From: Catajapyx aquilonaris
Taxonomy: Eukaryota
Direction: 5' to 3'
DNA: 58,300 nt
Assembly (NCBI GenBank): GCA_000934665.2
Contig: KZ537977.1
Location: forward strand, 124,001-182,300
Under the pieces are notes generated by a model. That model was not told the DNA's origin and made no database searches. It saw nothing but the letters and a program-made list of their open reading frames with translations. Each line of letters starts with the position of its first letter. Positions within the stretch are counted from its first letter, which is position 1. A program made the position numbers and the translations under genes. This document shows, in pieces, positions 1-13,500 of this stretch.

Positions 1-1025
1 ATCCTCACTTATGGGACTCCAGCTGAGAACTTGCCTCATCGGTATGTACGGAGCCATTGAGAGATATCCCCCCGTCTCGTCCGGTGTACAACAACTGCGA
101 ATATATTGTTTGCTTTGGGGATAGCAGACGCAGAGCACGACCGCGGGAGGCAATAATTCAGCGATGACACCGGCTCCAATATTCATTAGGATAGTGGGCA
201 AGTGAGAGGAAGGGGAGGCTGCTGCCTTTATTTCATTCTTATGCTAATAAGTTGCTTGCATAGGGAAGAATACTGGGTCGTTTTCCAGGATTGCCATAAA
301 TCCAAGTCGCGTCGCATGCATTGACACGACGGGACAAACACGGCTGTCAGAGTTGTCCGACGGATGCCATGCTGCGAATCAACACCTGTGAGGACACCAC
401 GCGAACAAACATGCTGTGAACAGAAATCCATGTATATATGAACGCCAATATTCGCATACCTGCAGCGAAAATGATCTCCCGAACAGAGGAGATGCTGGGC
501 CATTCATCCGTGGCATAGTTACATAATAAGAACGCTTACTAAATAAATGAACGGGAGGAAGGTAATCTGTGGGAGAGGGGGCGTAATTACCCCCGGCTGC
601 ATGCCGTGTACATGTAGTTGTGGTCCGGCTGATAGACCCCGCCTCTACTGCTGCCTCCTTCGCCCAGAGTCATTCGGCCCCGACCTAACCCCCCCCCCCC
701 NCCCCCCTTCAGTCCTGACTCTGTAATCAAGCATATTGAACTCCAGATGGGCCGGCTGTTATTGCAGTCTGAAAATTACAGACGTAAGCTCAGAGTTTGG
801 AAAGATTTCGATCGGGGCCTGAGCGGCCGCGAGGGGTGGGGTTCAAGCACTGCTGCTGTGCCTACAGGGCCCTCAGAAAAATGCTCCATCCGTGCATAGG
901 AGGAAGATACGGAAATTAGTTGGTATTTCCAGGAGGTCGATCTTGATACTTTGCGGTCCGTTGGTGTCTGCTGCTTCATGCTTGGATGGCCTGGATACCC
1001 GGCATTTAACGAAAATCGAAATGGA

Positions 1026-1164
1026 TGAAATATCGGATATATCGATATAGTGACTGAAATATCGGACTTATCGATATAGTGGCTGAAATATTGGACTTAT
1101 CGATATAGTGGCTGAAATATCGGAATTATCGATATAGTGACTGAAATATCGGATTTATCGATAT
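1026..1164. repeat. 29-bp minisatellite, about 4.8 copies
   Basis: Unit TGAAATATCGGA(T/C)(A/T)TATCGATATAGTG(A/G)C starts at 1026, 1055, 1084, 1113 and 1142; each unit contains the palindrome TATCGATA. Confidence 0.9.
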
Positions 1165-1495
1165 TTTGGGGTGTCTTTCGTAAAGTGACTACCCGTGACA
1201 TGGGGTGGAGGGTTTGCACGACAGATCGGAGAAGCGATACATATTTTTTTGACCAGGTCGGCAGTAATTCGCGCGGGGCATCACGGGTTGTGAAGGGGGC
1301 AGCTGCCGAAGGAATTCCCGGGCCGCCTCCTTGGATCCTCAACCCTTTTGTCTTGGGGCCGAGGCCTCTCGCGGTGTGAAAAGGCAGCCGCCCGGATGGT
1401 TCCACGGGAGAGATTAATTACCCTGCTTTTGAATAGAGGGCTCCCACCAGGCCCCTGCACGGGGGCCCCCCCTCAGCCCCCCAGAGCCCCGTGGG

Positions 1496-1537
1496 CTTCT
1501 TCTTCTTCTTCTTCTTCTTCTTCTCCTCCTCCTTCTT
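1496..1537. repeat. (CTT)n/(CCT)n microsatellite
   Basis: Run of CTT triplets grading into CCT; explains the poly-Ser and poly-Arg tracts in the ORF track. Confidence 0.9.
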
Positions 1538-4500
1538 GTGCCATCATCCAGCAGCAGGTAGATGCCCGAAGCCAATCTTGTGACGGAGATGGTGGCCCCG
1601 GATCGGATTTTTTTGTGAACTGTACCTTGACACGACGCCATTCTTATACGGAGGCATTTCAGAAGCTTTGCTTGACACTTTCGACTGCCGGGGATCTTTC
1701 TCGCTCAGTGCGACAGAAGGCAATGTGTCTTGCAAGGACCGCAAGTTAGACCGGGCAATTATTACTTAAGAAATAGAAATATTAATTGCCAATGACATGT
1801 ACAGTACCCACATCATAACTTCTCAAAAAAGGGATTAGAACACCTACTCCATGCGCATGCTGTAAATTTTGAATAATTACAATAAACTGAATATTAGGCA
1901 ATTATTAGCTTAAATGAGCGGAAGAACTTCATTTGTTACCTGCACAAATATGCAGTTGCTGTAACACAATGGGTTTCAGTAGATATTGAGTACGTTCACG
2001 TGAAACAAGGATGATAAATGGCACGCGGTGCTTACAAGTCACAACAAAATATTAGTGCTCATTTGCGCGCCCCGTTGCTTTTCAAAGTACCGGTAAATTT
2101 TTATCACAATGTTTGATGAGGCGATACTGGAGAAGAAGGAGAATAAGCAGTATATATTAAAAAAATAGTTGGGCAATGCGGCTCGATGGTAAAACGTGAC
2201 TATAAAGAGAGAAAAACTGGGGGACAAATTAGAAGTTCCTGACCGCAGCGATTATTTCCACAAAAAGTATGGCCGAAGTTGCCAACCTCCCTGCTGTTTT
2301 TCGCCCCTTTTTTTACTCTCTTCCTACAAAGGAAAAATACCTTCGTCTCAATAGAATTTCTCCCCCTACCAAGTTCGAAGACGCCCGCTGCTGCTATTTG
2401 GCAAGAAAAGGAAGAAAAGTTTACAAATGATCAGGAGACCGCGGCACATCACGCTGCATAATTTAAAAAGTTTCAAATGACCACCACAAATCCTCCTCTT
2501 CCAAAAGAATTCCGAAGTGGAGGAAGGCTAATATGTACCTAATGTTGTCGTGAGGCCAATTTGTTCTGTGGGTGCAGCGAGAAATAATTTATTACCTGCG
2601 CGAAAGGAAAGGTGGAAGAAGAAAAACAAAAAGAATTAAAAAAAAGTGTGTTACTGATTGGCTGGCCCTAGGCATATTGGGGCGTACTTTGGAGGTTTTT
2701 CGCAGCCTAAGACACTTGTACGAAACTAATTTTCCTGACCATGCATTTAACATAACAAATGAGTTGTGACCAGGTGCTGCTTTGGTCCGGTTCCAATATT
2801 CGGCGGTTGATTTCTGTCGCCTCCAGTTCTAATGCTATAATTTTGGAGCAAGGCCCATTAATTGAAAAGGTCATAGACCAGGACTTTCTAATTCTTCCTC
2901 CACCTTCTGATGGATTTGGAACTGCCGCTACCTGGATCCGTAAAAAGAAGCGAGACAGAAGAAGAAAAATTGGGGCTCATCGATCATGGAAGATGTGCTT
3001 CATCATGAGTCGTGCTGCACTGCCTTGCAGCGGTTCATACAAAAAAAAAAGTACTACGATGTACAAGTATCTATTCCGCGCAATATGTTGCAAATGACAG
3101 CTAAGTGAAGTAGGACAACCCGCCTTCTGTATGTAACGAATCCGGCTCCTATCAGCGGTTATTAGGTTTAATTGAGGAGCATATTACCATGGCGCCTTGC
3201 AGGACATCTGCTAGACGATTTCACAATAAAGCTAGCCCACGGCGTAGAGGCCAGTGATTTATTGTTAGCAACAGCATCATTAACCTTTTCATACCTGGCC
3301 ACCGGGGCAATGTTTCAAGCCAGCTGCAAGGATCTGAAAAGGGGGGGTAACCATAATGCACTTCGGGGTTCAAAAATCTGGACTGTGGCCCACCCAGTTG
3401 GCATTTTACGACATTGTGTGGACATACCAGTCGGTGCACAGTGTATATATACGATCCGAGACGAATTATTGGACATGGCGTTTGATAGAAAATTCCGAAG
3501 GCTCGATATCACAGGTGGTTCTGCGTTCCTTGCAGCAGGAAGAAGTGGCAGTGCCTGGATTCCTCCTGTTTTCTTGTGGGGTTGCTTGGTTGGTTGCAGG
3601 TCTCTCTATACACACCGCTTGCTCCCCTGGGGTCCAAAGGCGGACCTTGGAATAAGGCCTCCCTTAGGGGCTTAGCAATTACCATGCTCCAAAAACCTCC
3701 CTCACGTGATATCCTCCACTTTTCTTTTTTTTCTTTTTTTCTTTCTATCTTCTGACCCAACCCCCCCTGTGGGTGATCAAACTCATTCGGATATCAGCAG
3801 TTGTCCTTTTGGTCTTCTTCTGCGGTAGGGCCAATGCCAGAGGTCGCTGTGAGCAGTGGGAGGCCCGGGACTAATGCAGGCTCTGGAGGGGCTCCAAATG
3901 AGCCGGCGAAACATTTAATTACCAAGACCCCCGCTCGAGGAAGGAGCAGGTCCATCTGCCACTCTCAACTAACCGCCTTGCAACCCTGTGTGCGTGAGGT
4001 AATGAACATGTCACTGATACACCCCCAACCACGCGGCTCACCGTGCGTTTAAAACGCGGCATAAAAAACGCATCGGGCTGGCTTCGAAAACGAGTGCGGT
4101 ATCGCGATGAACCCTGACTTTTCGGTCATGTTTCAACGTACCCGAATTTATGAACGCTGCCCAAGAAGTGGGTGGTGTCTTTTTGGGGGAAAGTTATGCT
4201 CAATATTCAACACGAGTGTTTCGAGGCGTAATAACAGTGCTGGGTGCCCGCGTAATTAATTATCGCATCGGTGCATATCCAAGTGCAATTGAGATGAAAA
4301 AGGAGTGTTGCGACCACCGGTAAGAGACGGATAATGCGCATTCTTACCTGGCGAAAAGGTGCGAAATCTTGTCACCTCCCGCAGCGACAGGGACAAACGA
4401 CACCGGCGCATCTTCCCATTTGGGTGCTAATGCGAATGTTGTCGTGTACAAAAGCTCAGTCGGGGGTGCCGCCAAGCAGAGAGACACTGACTGCCTATGT

Positions 4501-7500
4501 ACAACCACAAAAAAAAAGATGGGCCAAGTGGGCCGAAAAAACCTGCTGGCCCTTTCCTTATGCAGCAGCCCCCAAGATGCTGATTTATACCGTTCAAGAC
4601 GTTTTGTCTTTGGCGGTGGGCCATGTTGTCTCTCAATCCCCCCGTGTACATGTCGCCGTAAGGTGAAGACGTCGCTGGCTTCGAGATCAAAAGACTCTAC
4701 GATACTGCTGACATCGCTACACCCGAGTCAAACTGGCACCTATGGGATGAGTACGTGACCAGATTAATGTTTGAAAAGCAAATGGTCCAGGAGCATGCAA
4801 AGCCATGATTCCGTCAACTGGGGCAGTTATTCTCTCCAAAAAGCGAGCCAGAACCGTAAAACAGTCGCTTATTATTAACGTCACGCGTTTTTATGAGCCT
4901 GTAAAATAAAATGTGTGTGTGTGTATATACACTTCTGAGGAGGAGGCGACGGACGCAAAAATGTGCATTGTAGTAGTTTTTTAGTTTTTCGTACTTGGGA
5001 GACATGAGACGGGATCAGAGGGTCATGAGGTTGCCATACGTCAACCGGCAGGTACGTGCTTCGAACGTGGGAAAGACGAGTCGAAAGGGAAAATCAACCC
5101 AATCCTGTTCAGAAAACTACAGTCGACGACACCTATAAAACATACCACCTTTTTTTTTGACATTACGAGCATGTAAGTGACGAGTGGTTTTCGAGTCGTG
5201 TGTCCTCCTAGAAAATATTGGTCCCAATCTGGATTTACAATCGGTTTTTCGGTAGACCTTAGTGCCACCCACCCGCCTGGTTAGGGTCTACTTTTCTTGG
5301 CTGGAAGCAGGACATAAAATACCTACCTGCTGGCTGCTAAGGATGGACCCCCCGCTGGACAGAAAGTCAGGCTTTACGACCCTTTACTTTTTTTAAAACT
5401 TTTTTTTTATATGTCTAAAGACGGGTGCCGGACATTGGCCACGTCGCTCTGGAAGCGACACATCCCATGCGGTGTTACACAGGTGTGCTACCTACTAGAC
5501 AGAGACATTTCCCAGCTGGAGTTCAGTGACATGAGAAGCCGGCAAAAATTTTATTGCGATCTCCCGGATCCGGTGTTGGCCCCGGGGCCAGGGTTTGAGC
5601 AATTAGAGCGGCCTGATGAACGAGGCTATCAATTTTTGCTGGTGCATAGCAAGGGTTAGAGGGGCCGTTTTTCAGCAGCTTCTGGGGGTAAAACCATTAG
5701 TCTTTGAATTTATGCGATGCCAAGTTTGGGGAATCGCCATATTGCCTCGGGATTGAATGGTTAACTAGGGGGGAGAAAATTGGGGATTCGAAGGGTGTAG
5801 CCAGCAGGTAACATCGATACACAGATTCTTTAGTTGTGGAACTCACAGAAGACGCAGTGTTTGGAGTGGTTGCTTTATGGGGTGGCACAGCAGCAGGGTG
5901 CGACTCGAAATGACAAAAGGGCATAGGGCATGCAACAGTGGTTCTTTTTATTGCATGCTGTTTCATGATCATAAGTTTGCCTTGTTGTCTCTGATGGCTT
6001 TATTTACATGCCCCAGCAGACAGATTTTTTTATATTGTTGTTCAGTACGTCGCTTCATAGCACTTCTGTCGGCAATAATCTTCAAGTTTCCTAGACCGGC
6101 GAAGGGCAAAACTTTCTTTCCAAATGAATGATTTCCTGAGCCGGTATTGCACGCTGGCTGCTGATGCCGGCCGCTAATTTCCCCCAAGATTGATTCGATT
6201 TTAATGGAAATGGTATTGCTATTCTTTGCCATTTTGGCAGTCGCCAAAAACCGTTTCCCGGTAATGTTCCTGGCCATTATTTGCAGAAAAGTTCCCCCTT
6301 AGGCAATGGATGAAACTTAATCTTTCCTGGGCAAGGTTTTAAGTGACAGATGCGGCCAAATGAATTATTGATCAAAATAACACGTTTGAGAACCGCACCT
6401 TGGCCCCACGGAAGTGAATGCTTTCGAGGGCCACACTACAAACTTTATAGTTTCTCAGATTGCATTGCAGGTGTAATTAGTCATGATCTAATCTGATAGA
6501 CTTGTGGTCCAACCATCAGTCTCTTATGAGGGGTTTCGATGAAGTGATTTGGAGAGCGCTGACACGGCGCTGTATCAGGCGAGAGAGTCGGACAAGGATT
6601 AATTTGACCCGCTTAATTCCGGGGCGTAGCCCAAATGTACCTGCCTATTCTGGGCCCAGGCCAAACTAAAGATATCAATCAAGCAAAAAGGGTTGGCGTG
6701 AAAAATACCCGAATCTGGCAGGGCAGCACGCGCCGAGCCTTATTATGTAGGGTTGGGTTCACTATATATCGGAAGGGGTCTCAAGTGGCCTAGGATATAT
6801 GCATAATTGCGGTGAATGGGTTTTGACGACTAGGATGGGTTGGCTTGATATGGAAGGTAGGGGGTGCAGGTATGTTGGTTTGATGGTGGTGGTAGTGGTG
6901 GGCAGGCAGGTAGGGGGGGCGAATCAAGAAATGAGGCCCAACGGCTAGGAGCCTTGTTTGCTCACCAGGGACGTCCAAAAGTCAGTCAGGTCAGCAGCTG
7001 CAATGAGCAGGATGAACCTAATCATTGGCCGAATAAAATGAAAAACAATGAACTATTTACGTAAACAGGAAACTTCTCCCTAATTGGGCTGTGCATTGAA
7101 TAAAATATTTGCTGAAAATTTTGTGACGCGATATGACTTATTGGGCACCCCTAACGATTTCTTGGCCTCTATTATGTGAATGGGTGTGTGTTGGCCTTTC
7201 GGGGTCAAATGTTGCCCTCAGCCATTCGCCGCGCTGGAAAACGCGAGACGTCTGATCTTCTCGTGCATGCCGGATCATGCCATGAATGGTCATGGCTGCC
7301 ACTTTCAACTCGACCCGCAATATTTTATTGATATGTGGCTTTTTTACGACGCCGAATCAAAAGCAGGTGACCGCTGTACCGTATAGCCTCGGATGTAGCC
7401 AAGGCACCTTCACGTCTCTTCGTCTCAGTGGCTGGAGGGCCATGAGTCGGATGTGTGTTGCCTGAAGAGTCAGATAATGATGGCGAATCCACTCCTTCTT

Positions 7501-10500
7501 TCTCATTTTCGTGTTGAAATCGGCGACGCGTCCTGTGCAAATCACAGCCTTTGTTATACGACCCCAAGCATGTCCTGAAGCAACTTGAGGTTTTCTCTTG
7601 ATTAAAAGTGGCAGAGGAGCATTGTTGAAACAACTGTTGCCGGAAGAGCAGTATAAACAATCATAGTTTTTGTTACCATTTTTGTAACCGGTTGGTAAGA
7701 AACCGTCACACCTGCCACAGAAGGAGGCAATATCTTGGGTGGGCTTCAGCCTAAATGTATGCAAGAATTGTGCTGGGGCATCTTACCCTAATTAGGAGGA
7801 ATAAAATGGGCAAGTCATGGGTCTCGTGCCCGGTGGGCTTCTCTCGCAAAAACCTGTGCTGAAATTATCCGATGGTGTTGCATTTCGGATGGTAATGGGG
7901 GAGCTTGGGCTGGTTTTCGAGTTCAGAGCAGAGCCACTTAACGGTCCCCGCCTTGCACTCGCAATTTCCCCTCAAAATCGCCCAATATTATCTAGATCGA
8001 TTCCTTGCTAACCGGCACTTTGGGAGGAAAATTGGGGTTGTTTGAACGCTGCCGTGATTTTCCCCACATCAACACATTGGCTGTTGGGAATGAGAGATCA
8101 GTGTCTGCTTAGACCAATCAGCCGGATCTATATGGCCATAACAAATAAGAAAACATATTGATAAAATTTGCAATGCAGCATCAGTAGTGAACCTGCTGTT
8201 TGAAGACCATGCAATTTTTAACTCATCATTTTTTTGTTTTTGTTTTTGCGAATTGATTAGGAACCCCACTGTGATAAGGCGGCGAGTAGGTGTTGGAACT
8301 GCCATCGTGTATCAGGAAAGTGGGTGTCAGAGGTGCATGCTTCATTAGCCTCGACTCTTGCAAACCTGTAGTCTTGCCCCCCACATCCACTCACCGATAC
8401 ACTAATGAGATCCTTAGGGTTAGAACTAGACGACAGATTCGGCTCGAAAAACACTTTTGGCCACAACAATACAATGTAGGTCGTGCATTTTGTCACCATC
8501 TGCGGTCACTTTCTCTCTATCCCCCCTCTGAATATAAGGAGTCAAAAACCAGAAAAATGTCTGGTATGGCCCAAAAGGCACAATGGAGACTTTCCATCTG
8601 CGCATACAAGCACGACAATCCTGTAATGTACGTGTTCGGTCCCAGACACTGCTAGGAAAAGCTTTCAGGTGGACATTAGCGCGCATTATTGCTCGGCGGA
8701 AAGCGGAACCATGTCAAGAAAGGTGTAAAGTGTTATTCATCTCCTCTCGAGGCCATAAATTCCTGGAAATTTGCAGCCCAAGACCCCCTTCTTGTCTTCT
8801 ACTTGTGATGATGAGGTTGCTAGAGTCGCACGCACCACTGCTCCGATATCTAAGGAGTGAATGGAAAGGAATTTCCTAAATGGGTGCATCGCGCCTTAGG
8901 GCCGAAGAAGAATTGCAAAGGGCCTGGTCATGATCGACCCAATTAGTGTTTCGTCAGTGGCACACGACCAGGGTGGAACGTGGGCGGTTTTACGACCAGA
9001 TGAGGATTAATTAAAATTATGGCCGAAGGTTGCGAAAAAAAGGGTGTTGCAAACTTTCGAAAGCATCCTTATTTGCGTATGGACTATTTTGTCATATAAA
9101 TTTCAAGTCGTGATTATTTTACAAATAATCGCCACCAGTTGTCCACCATCCGGTTTTTGGCTTATCAGCATCTCAATTAATTATAATGGTCATCCCATGT
9201 TCCAGCATTTTTTTTGATGCTCGGGGAAAAATGCAGTGCCATCCACCGTACACAAAAAAAAGTGTCGGATTTTGTCCGGATTTGTTTTTAAGACCCCGGC
9301 ACACAGAAGTCTGGGTATCAGCATTGTGGCCTGGTTAGTACCGCAATCAACAGTAGTAAAACCAGGGTTTTGCCTTCGCACCTGCTTATCTGATAAATAG
9401 TCCACGGTACGTACGATATCTGGCCAGAGTCCGACCATGCAAAAGGTCAGCGCAATCAGTGCCCTCCGTGCAGACCAAATCACCAACGATGTGGATACAA
9501 ATTGTACATCCACCTGAAGAATTGCTTAAGCCCCGTGGCCATCCATGTACCAAGGAGGATTGGGTCCTGGGTGGGTCATCAGCAGAAAACTTGCTGAAGG
9601 AGTTGCTGATCGAAAAACGAGCAGGGTCGTCCAATTTGTTGGACAACGTGCTGCGAAATCAAGCCTGGGCCTCGCACGCTCCGACTGGATATTGTATCTA
9701 CAGAGTTATTAATCGTGAGGAGGTCGACACCGCCACACAGGCGTCAAAGAGATTGCCGGCCGAAGCCGCAGGTGACTTCTACACGTATTAAATTACTCAT
9801 AGAAACGGCATCGGGTATGCAGGAAGTGTCGGGGGATTGCCAGGTAAATTATTGCGAGTCCAGCTCTGTTTTTATACTGGTTATACGCGGCCTAAAATAG
9901 GTTCTTCGATCTTATCATCCTGTTAGTTTCTTCACGATTGAAGTTCCCAGCCAGGCTGCGAATTACATGGAAACAATTTGTACTCATAATAGGGCGTGTG
10001 AATTTTGATGGTCAAAATCACACAGTGAGCTGCTGGATGTTATATTAAGTTTTTTTATTACTAAAACATGTGTATTGTAGCGAGATACAGTTATTACAAC
10101 GTTTAAGAATCATTTATGACCAGTGCACGAATTCTTATCGTCTACACGGAAGTTAGGGTCTGTAATAGTCTGGTTAATAGGTAATCAATAATTATGACAT
10201 TTGCACGTAACGGACCTGGTAAGACAAATGTCGGATACTCTCTTTCTTTTGCCCCATGTTTCTTCTGGTTTAACCTAAGTCGTCCTACATCCATCGGTGC
10301 ACTTTGATGCTCTCTGCCCAGAACGAGAAAACAAAACAAAAAAAAACGTCCAACACGCAAAACCAGAAGCACGTGTAACTATCAACAATTAGGCGCGCCT
10401 TGCGTGTTTCTATCTCCTGGCATCATAATCACGACAACATTTATGATTGTATCCGCTCGTAGATATGAATTTTGCCGAGATGCCAAACCTCGAAACCGGT

Positions 10501-13500
10501 GGCGAGAGGACCTCAGCCATTTACCACGATGCCGCAAAAAGCAGCCGCACACGACGAGTACCTGCAATAAAAAATTTGGCATGGTGTTAAGTCACATTTA
10601 CTGTACCAACCATATTTTGTCAGTATCCAGCATGTGCTTAGTTTCGAAGAAAAAAAAATCTGATTCTAAGCAGAAGATTTTCCAAGTCTGAACCTGCCCC
10701 CATCACACCTAGCCAGAACAGGCTAACTGCTACTTTGACGAAATTAAAGACGTGGTGCGACGACTTTTTTTTCCGTACCAGGTGCTTCGGGGTCAGCCTT
10801 TTTACAGCCAGGACCTGAGTAGCTGATTTTCAGTAATTTCCAGGTTCTTCAGCATTTCGAGCGAAGAACACCTGGGATACTTAGCCAGTGTGTGCACACA
10901 TGAATAGGTGGTACGTGCGGGCTTGTACTGGAAGTGGCGCAAGGCTGTTGGGTGTATCTGCCCCGAGGCCAGATGATCCGGGAAAGAAAACGAATTTATG
11001 GCGTGCTTTTTGGACCCGTCCCGCCTCGCATATTGATGGCCAATGAGCCTGTGAATTACAAGCATTTTAAACTGGAAATCGTGTCCCTGTTAACTTGGCC
11101 CACGGCATATGTGACCTCAACCCGATCCTCGTGTGAAAGTGTTCTAATGGATTTTTCCTTCCCAATAATCGGTCGTGACTTCCGAATTGCGTGGCAGAGC
11201 ACCCCCGCAAACAACCCGGCGCAACTTCCGTCGAGGGCCAACCTGTTTACCAGTCATGACTTGTAAACACAGGCCGCCTTGTAAAACTAGAAGTGGGACA
11301 ATTAGGACGGAAAAAGTTGCGCGATGGGGCGAAAAGAAAAAGACGGGCGTGCGACGCCCATTTGCCACGAGCTATGGCATTTGCCATCATAAATTCCTCA
11401 TCCTTTGGTCATAATTTCTGGAGGGCCAAGCCCCTCTGTACCGAGCCATGGGGAATTACGCCCAATTAAAGGCAAATGAAGAGCGGGGGCGACAAGCCAG
11501 AAGTGGAAGGCGCCTCTTTCTTCTTCTTCTTCAAGCGGCATTTTTTTTTTTTGGTGCGTGCGAGACCACGCCTGAATGATGGAGTGGGGCTTGGTTTAAT
11601 TGGAGAGGTCTCATGCCAAGAGTGTGTATGTGCAAGTTGGAGGTCGAGACGATATTAATAAGGTCGGAAGTGACCTGGGTGGGGATCCGGTGGAAGACTA
11701 ATGGCGGCGAGGAAGATCATGCTGGTCTGCCATGTGGGTGGCTTCATGAGCTCGGTGTGCACCGTCCTTCTTCGTCAGGACCATGCTGCTATCATTTTTT
11801 ATTATACAGTATGCGGAGGTGTGCGATATTATCCGGGATGTGGGTGGTCAGCATACTTTTCACCTGACCTGTATCGATATTCACTGAAAGGGATGTATCA
11901 CAAAAGAGAAACATTTAACATGCACAGCTGCATGTACACGGTGTTTACCAATGGCTGGTAATTTGCTCGAGACCGTTTTGCCAGGTGACATGCTGCTGGC
12001 CTCGACCGCAGCTCACACTTGTCACGTCCAGCAACAAACGATGTCGCCCCTCTTCAATGGTCAGTGTTTGGAAAAGCGGTTACCGTTCGCTCGCAGAATA
12101 AAGAGCAAGAAGAAATTGGACAAACCTGCCTGTGGTAAACAGAACAACGAGAGTACGGTACACCCTCCGTGTACGTAATGACACTCTTGGATCACTGAAG
12201 GTTGACAACCCCATTCTGTCACTAGCCAGGGCGGATGTTTGCAGGACAGATGTTAAATAAATGCGTCCTTTTTAACCAGGTTTTACTGCCACAATCCGAA
12301 CTATTAGTCAGGATTTACATATTTTTTTGTGTGTGCATCCACTCCCCAAAATCCGGTTTTTATTCCAGAAAACTATATTTGCCTGACCCTTCGCGTGTTG
12401 AGCAGTCCGAGTCGCAACATTGTGAGCACCACTGGACAGCCAGTAGGTGGGTAGGAAATGAGATAGATGCGGTAGTGGCCTGAAGTGAGTGAGTTGTAGT
12501 TGGGTGGGACATGTAGCAAGGGGCCTACTTGTTTTCGCCCGATTCCCCCCCGACACGTCGTCCCTCCGGAGGGGCTAGCTTGGCCAGAGAAAGATGACAG
12601 AGAGGAAGGTGGAGGACGTGTGTGGGCACACTGGTGTGACAACCTGTGCTCCCGGCCATTGCGTGGCTCCCAGACATCAAAAATTCCACTAATGAGCAGC
12701 CGCAGCTTGAGCTGAAGCCTGCTGCAGGAGCCACCCAGGGTGGAGCCAACTTGCACAAATTTCACGCTTCCTCCACGTATGCTGCAGGAGACATTTTGAA
12801 AAGGAAAAAAAAGCATGACCGGTTTCTGGTATTTTATATGAAAACCGTGGTGTAAGTCCGGTAGCGCGCAAAAAGTTTTTTCTGAATAATTTGTGTAAGG
12901 TGCTGAGTGCCACCAAAAGACGCGTAATGAACCGCTTTGTGTGTGTTGGATAAGCTTGCAGTGCCACTCGGGGTCATAAATGTGCACGCCGGGGCTTCCA
13001 GTGGGGGCCATCGTGCTTTCTTGCCCACCTGACATCACCCTCAGGAGAAGAAAAAAAACCCCTCGTATACAGATTCGTCTTGCTCGCTTCTTCTTTCCCG
13101 ATAAGGGATCATTTGGGGGTCTCCCGTGCAGCTGCCATGGAGGAAAACATGAGGCCTCGAGCACGACCTGTCTGCGAGACCATGCAAACTTGATCCACAT
13201 TATTTCACGCCTCCCATGCGTGGAGATCGCTTCAGACACTGGCATAAAAAAATATTGGGTGTGATACCAGCAGAAGCTTGCTCGCCAAATTATTTTTTAT
13301 CCGCTTGCAAAAATTATTAGGTTTTTTTTAAATACCATAATTTATATAAAATAATTGTTTCGAGGCATCGCATTTCTGTTCCGGATTGTTCTGAAATGTT
13401 CTCAACAACAACAGGTGCAGACCCACATTGCCAGAAGTAACCTACACGTTATATGGAAACGAGGAATTGATGTCATGTCATGTGTGTAACTTGCGGAGTA

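Noticed and set aside
1026..1164. Regularly spaced repeats superficially like a CRISPR array
   Set aside because: No unique spacers, eukaryotic context and no cas genes.
1437..1557. GC-rich Pro/Ser-rich stretch flanked by AG and GT, a possible exon of the SAM gene
   Set aside because: No recognisable homology, driven by a microsatellite, and it cannot supply the missing first half of the SAM domain.
12373..13245. 290-aa minus-strand ORF, and the 206-aa ORF at 18700-19320
   Set aside because: No recognisable domain, random-looking composition and no supporting splice structure.
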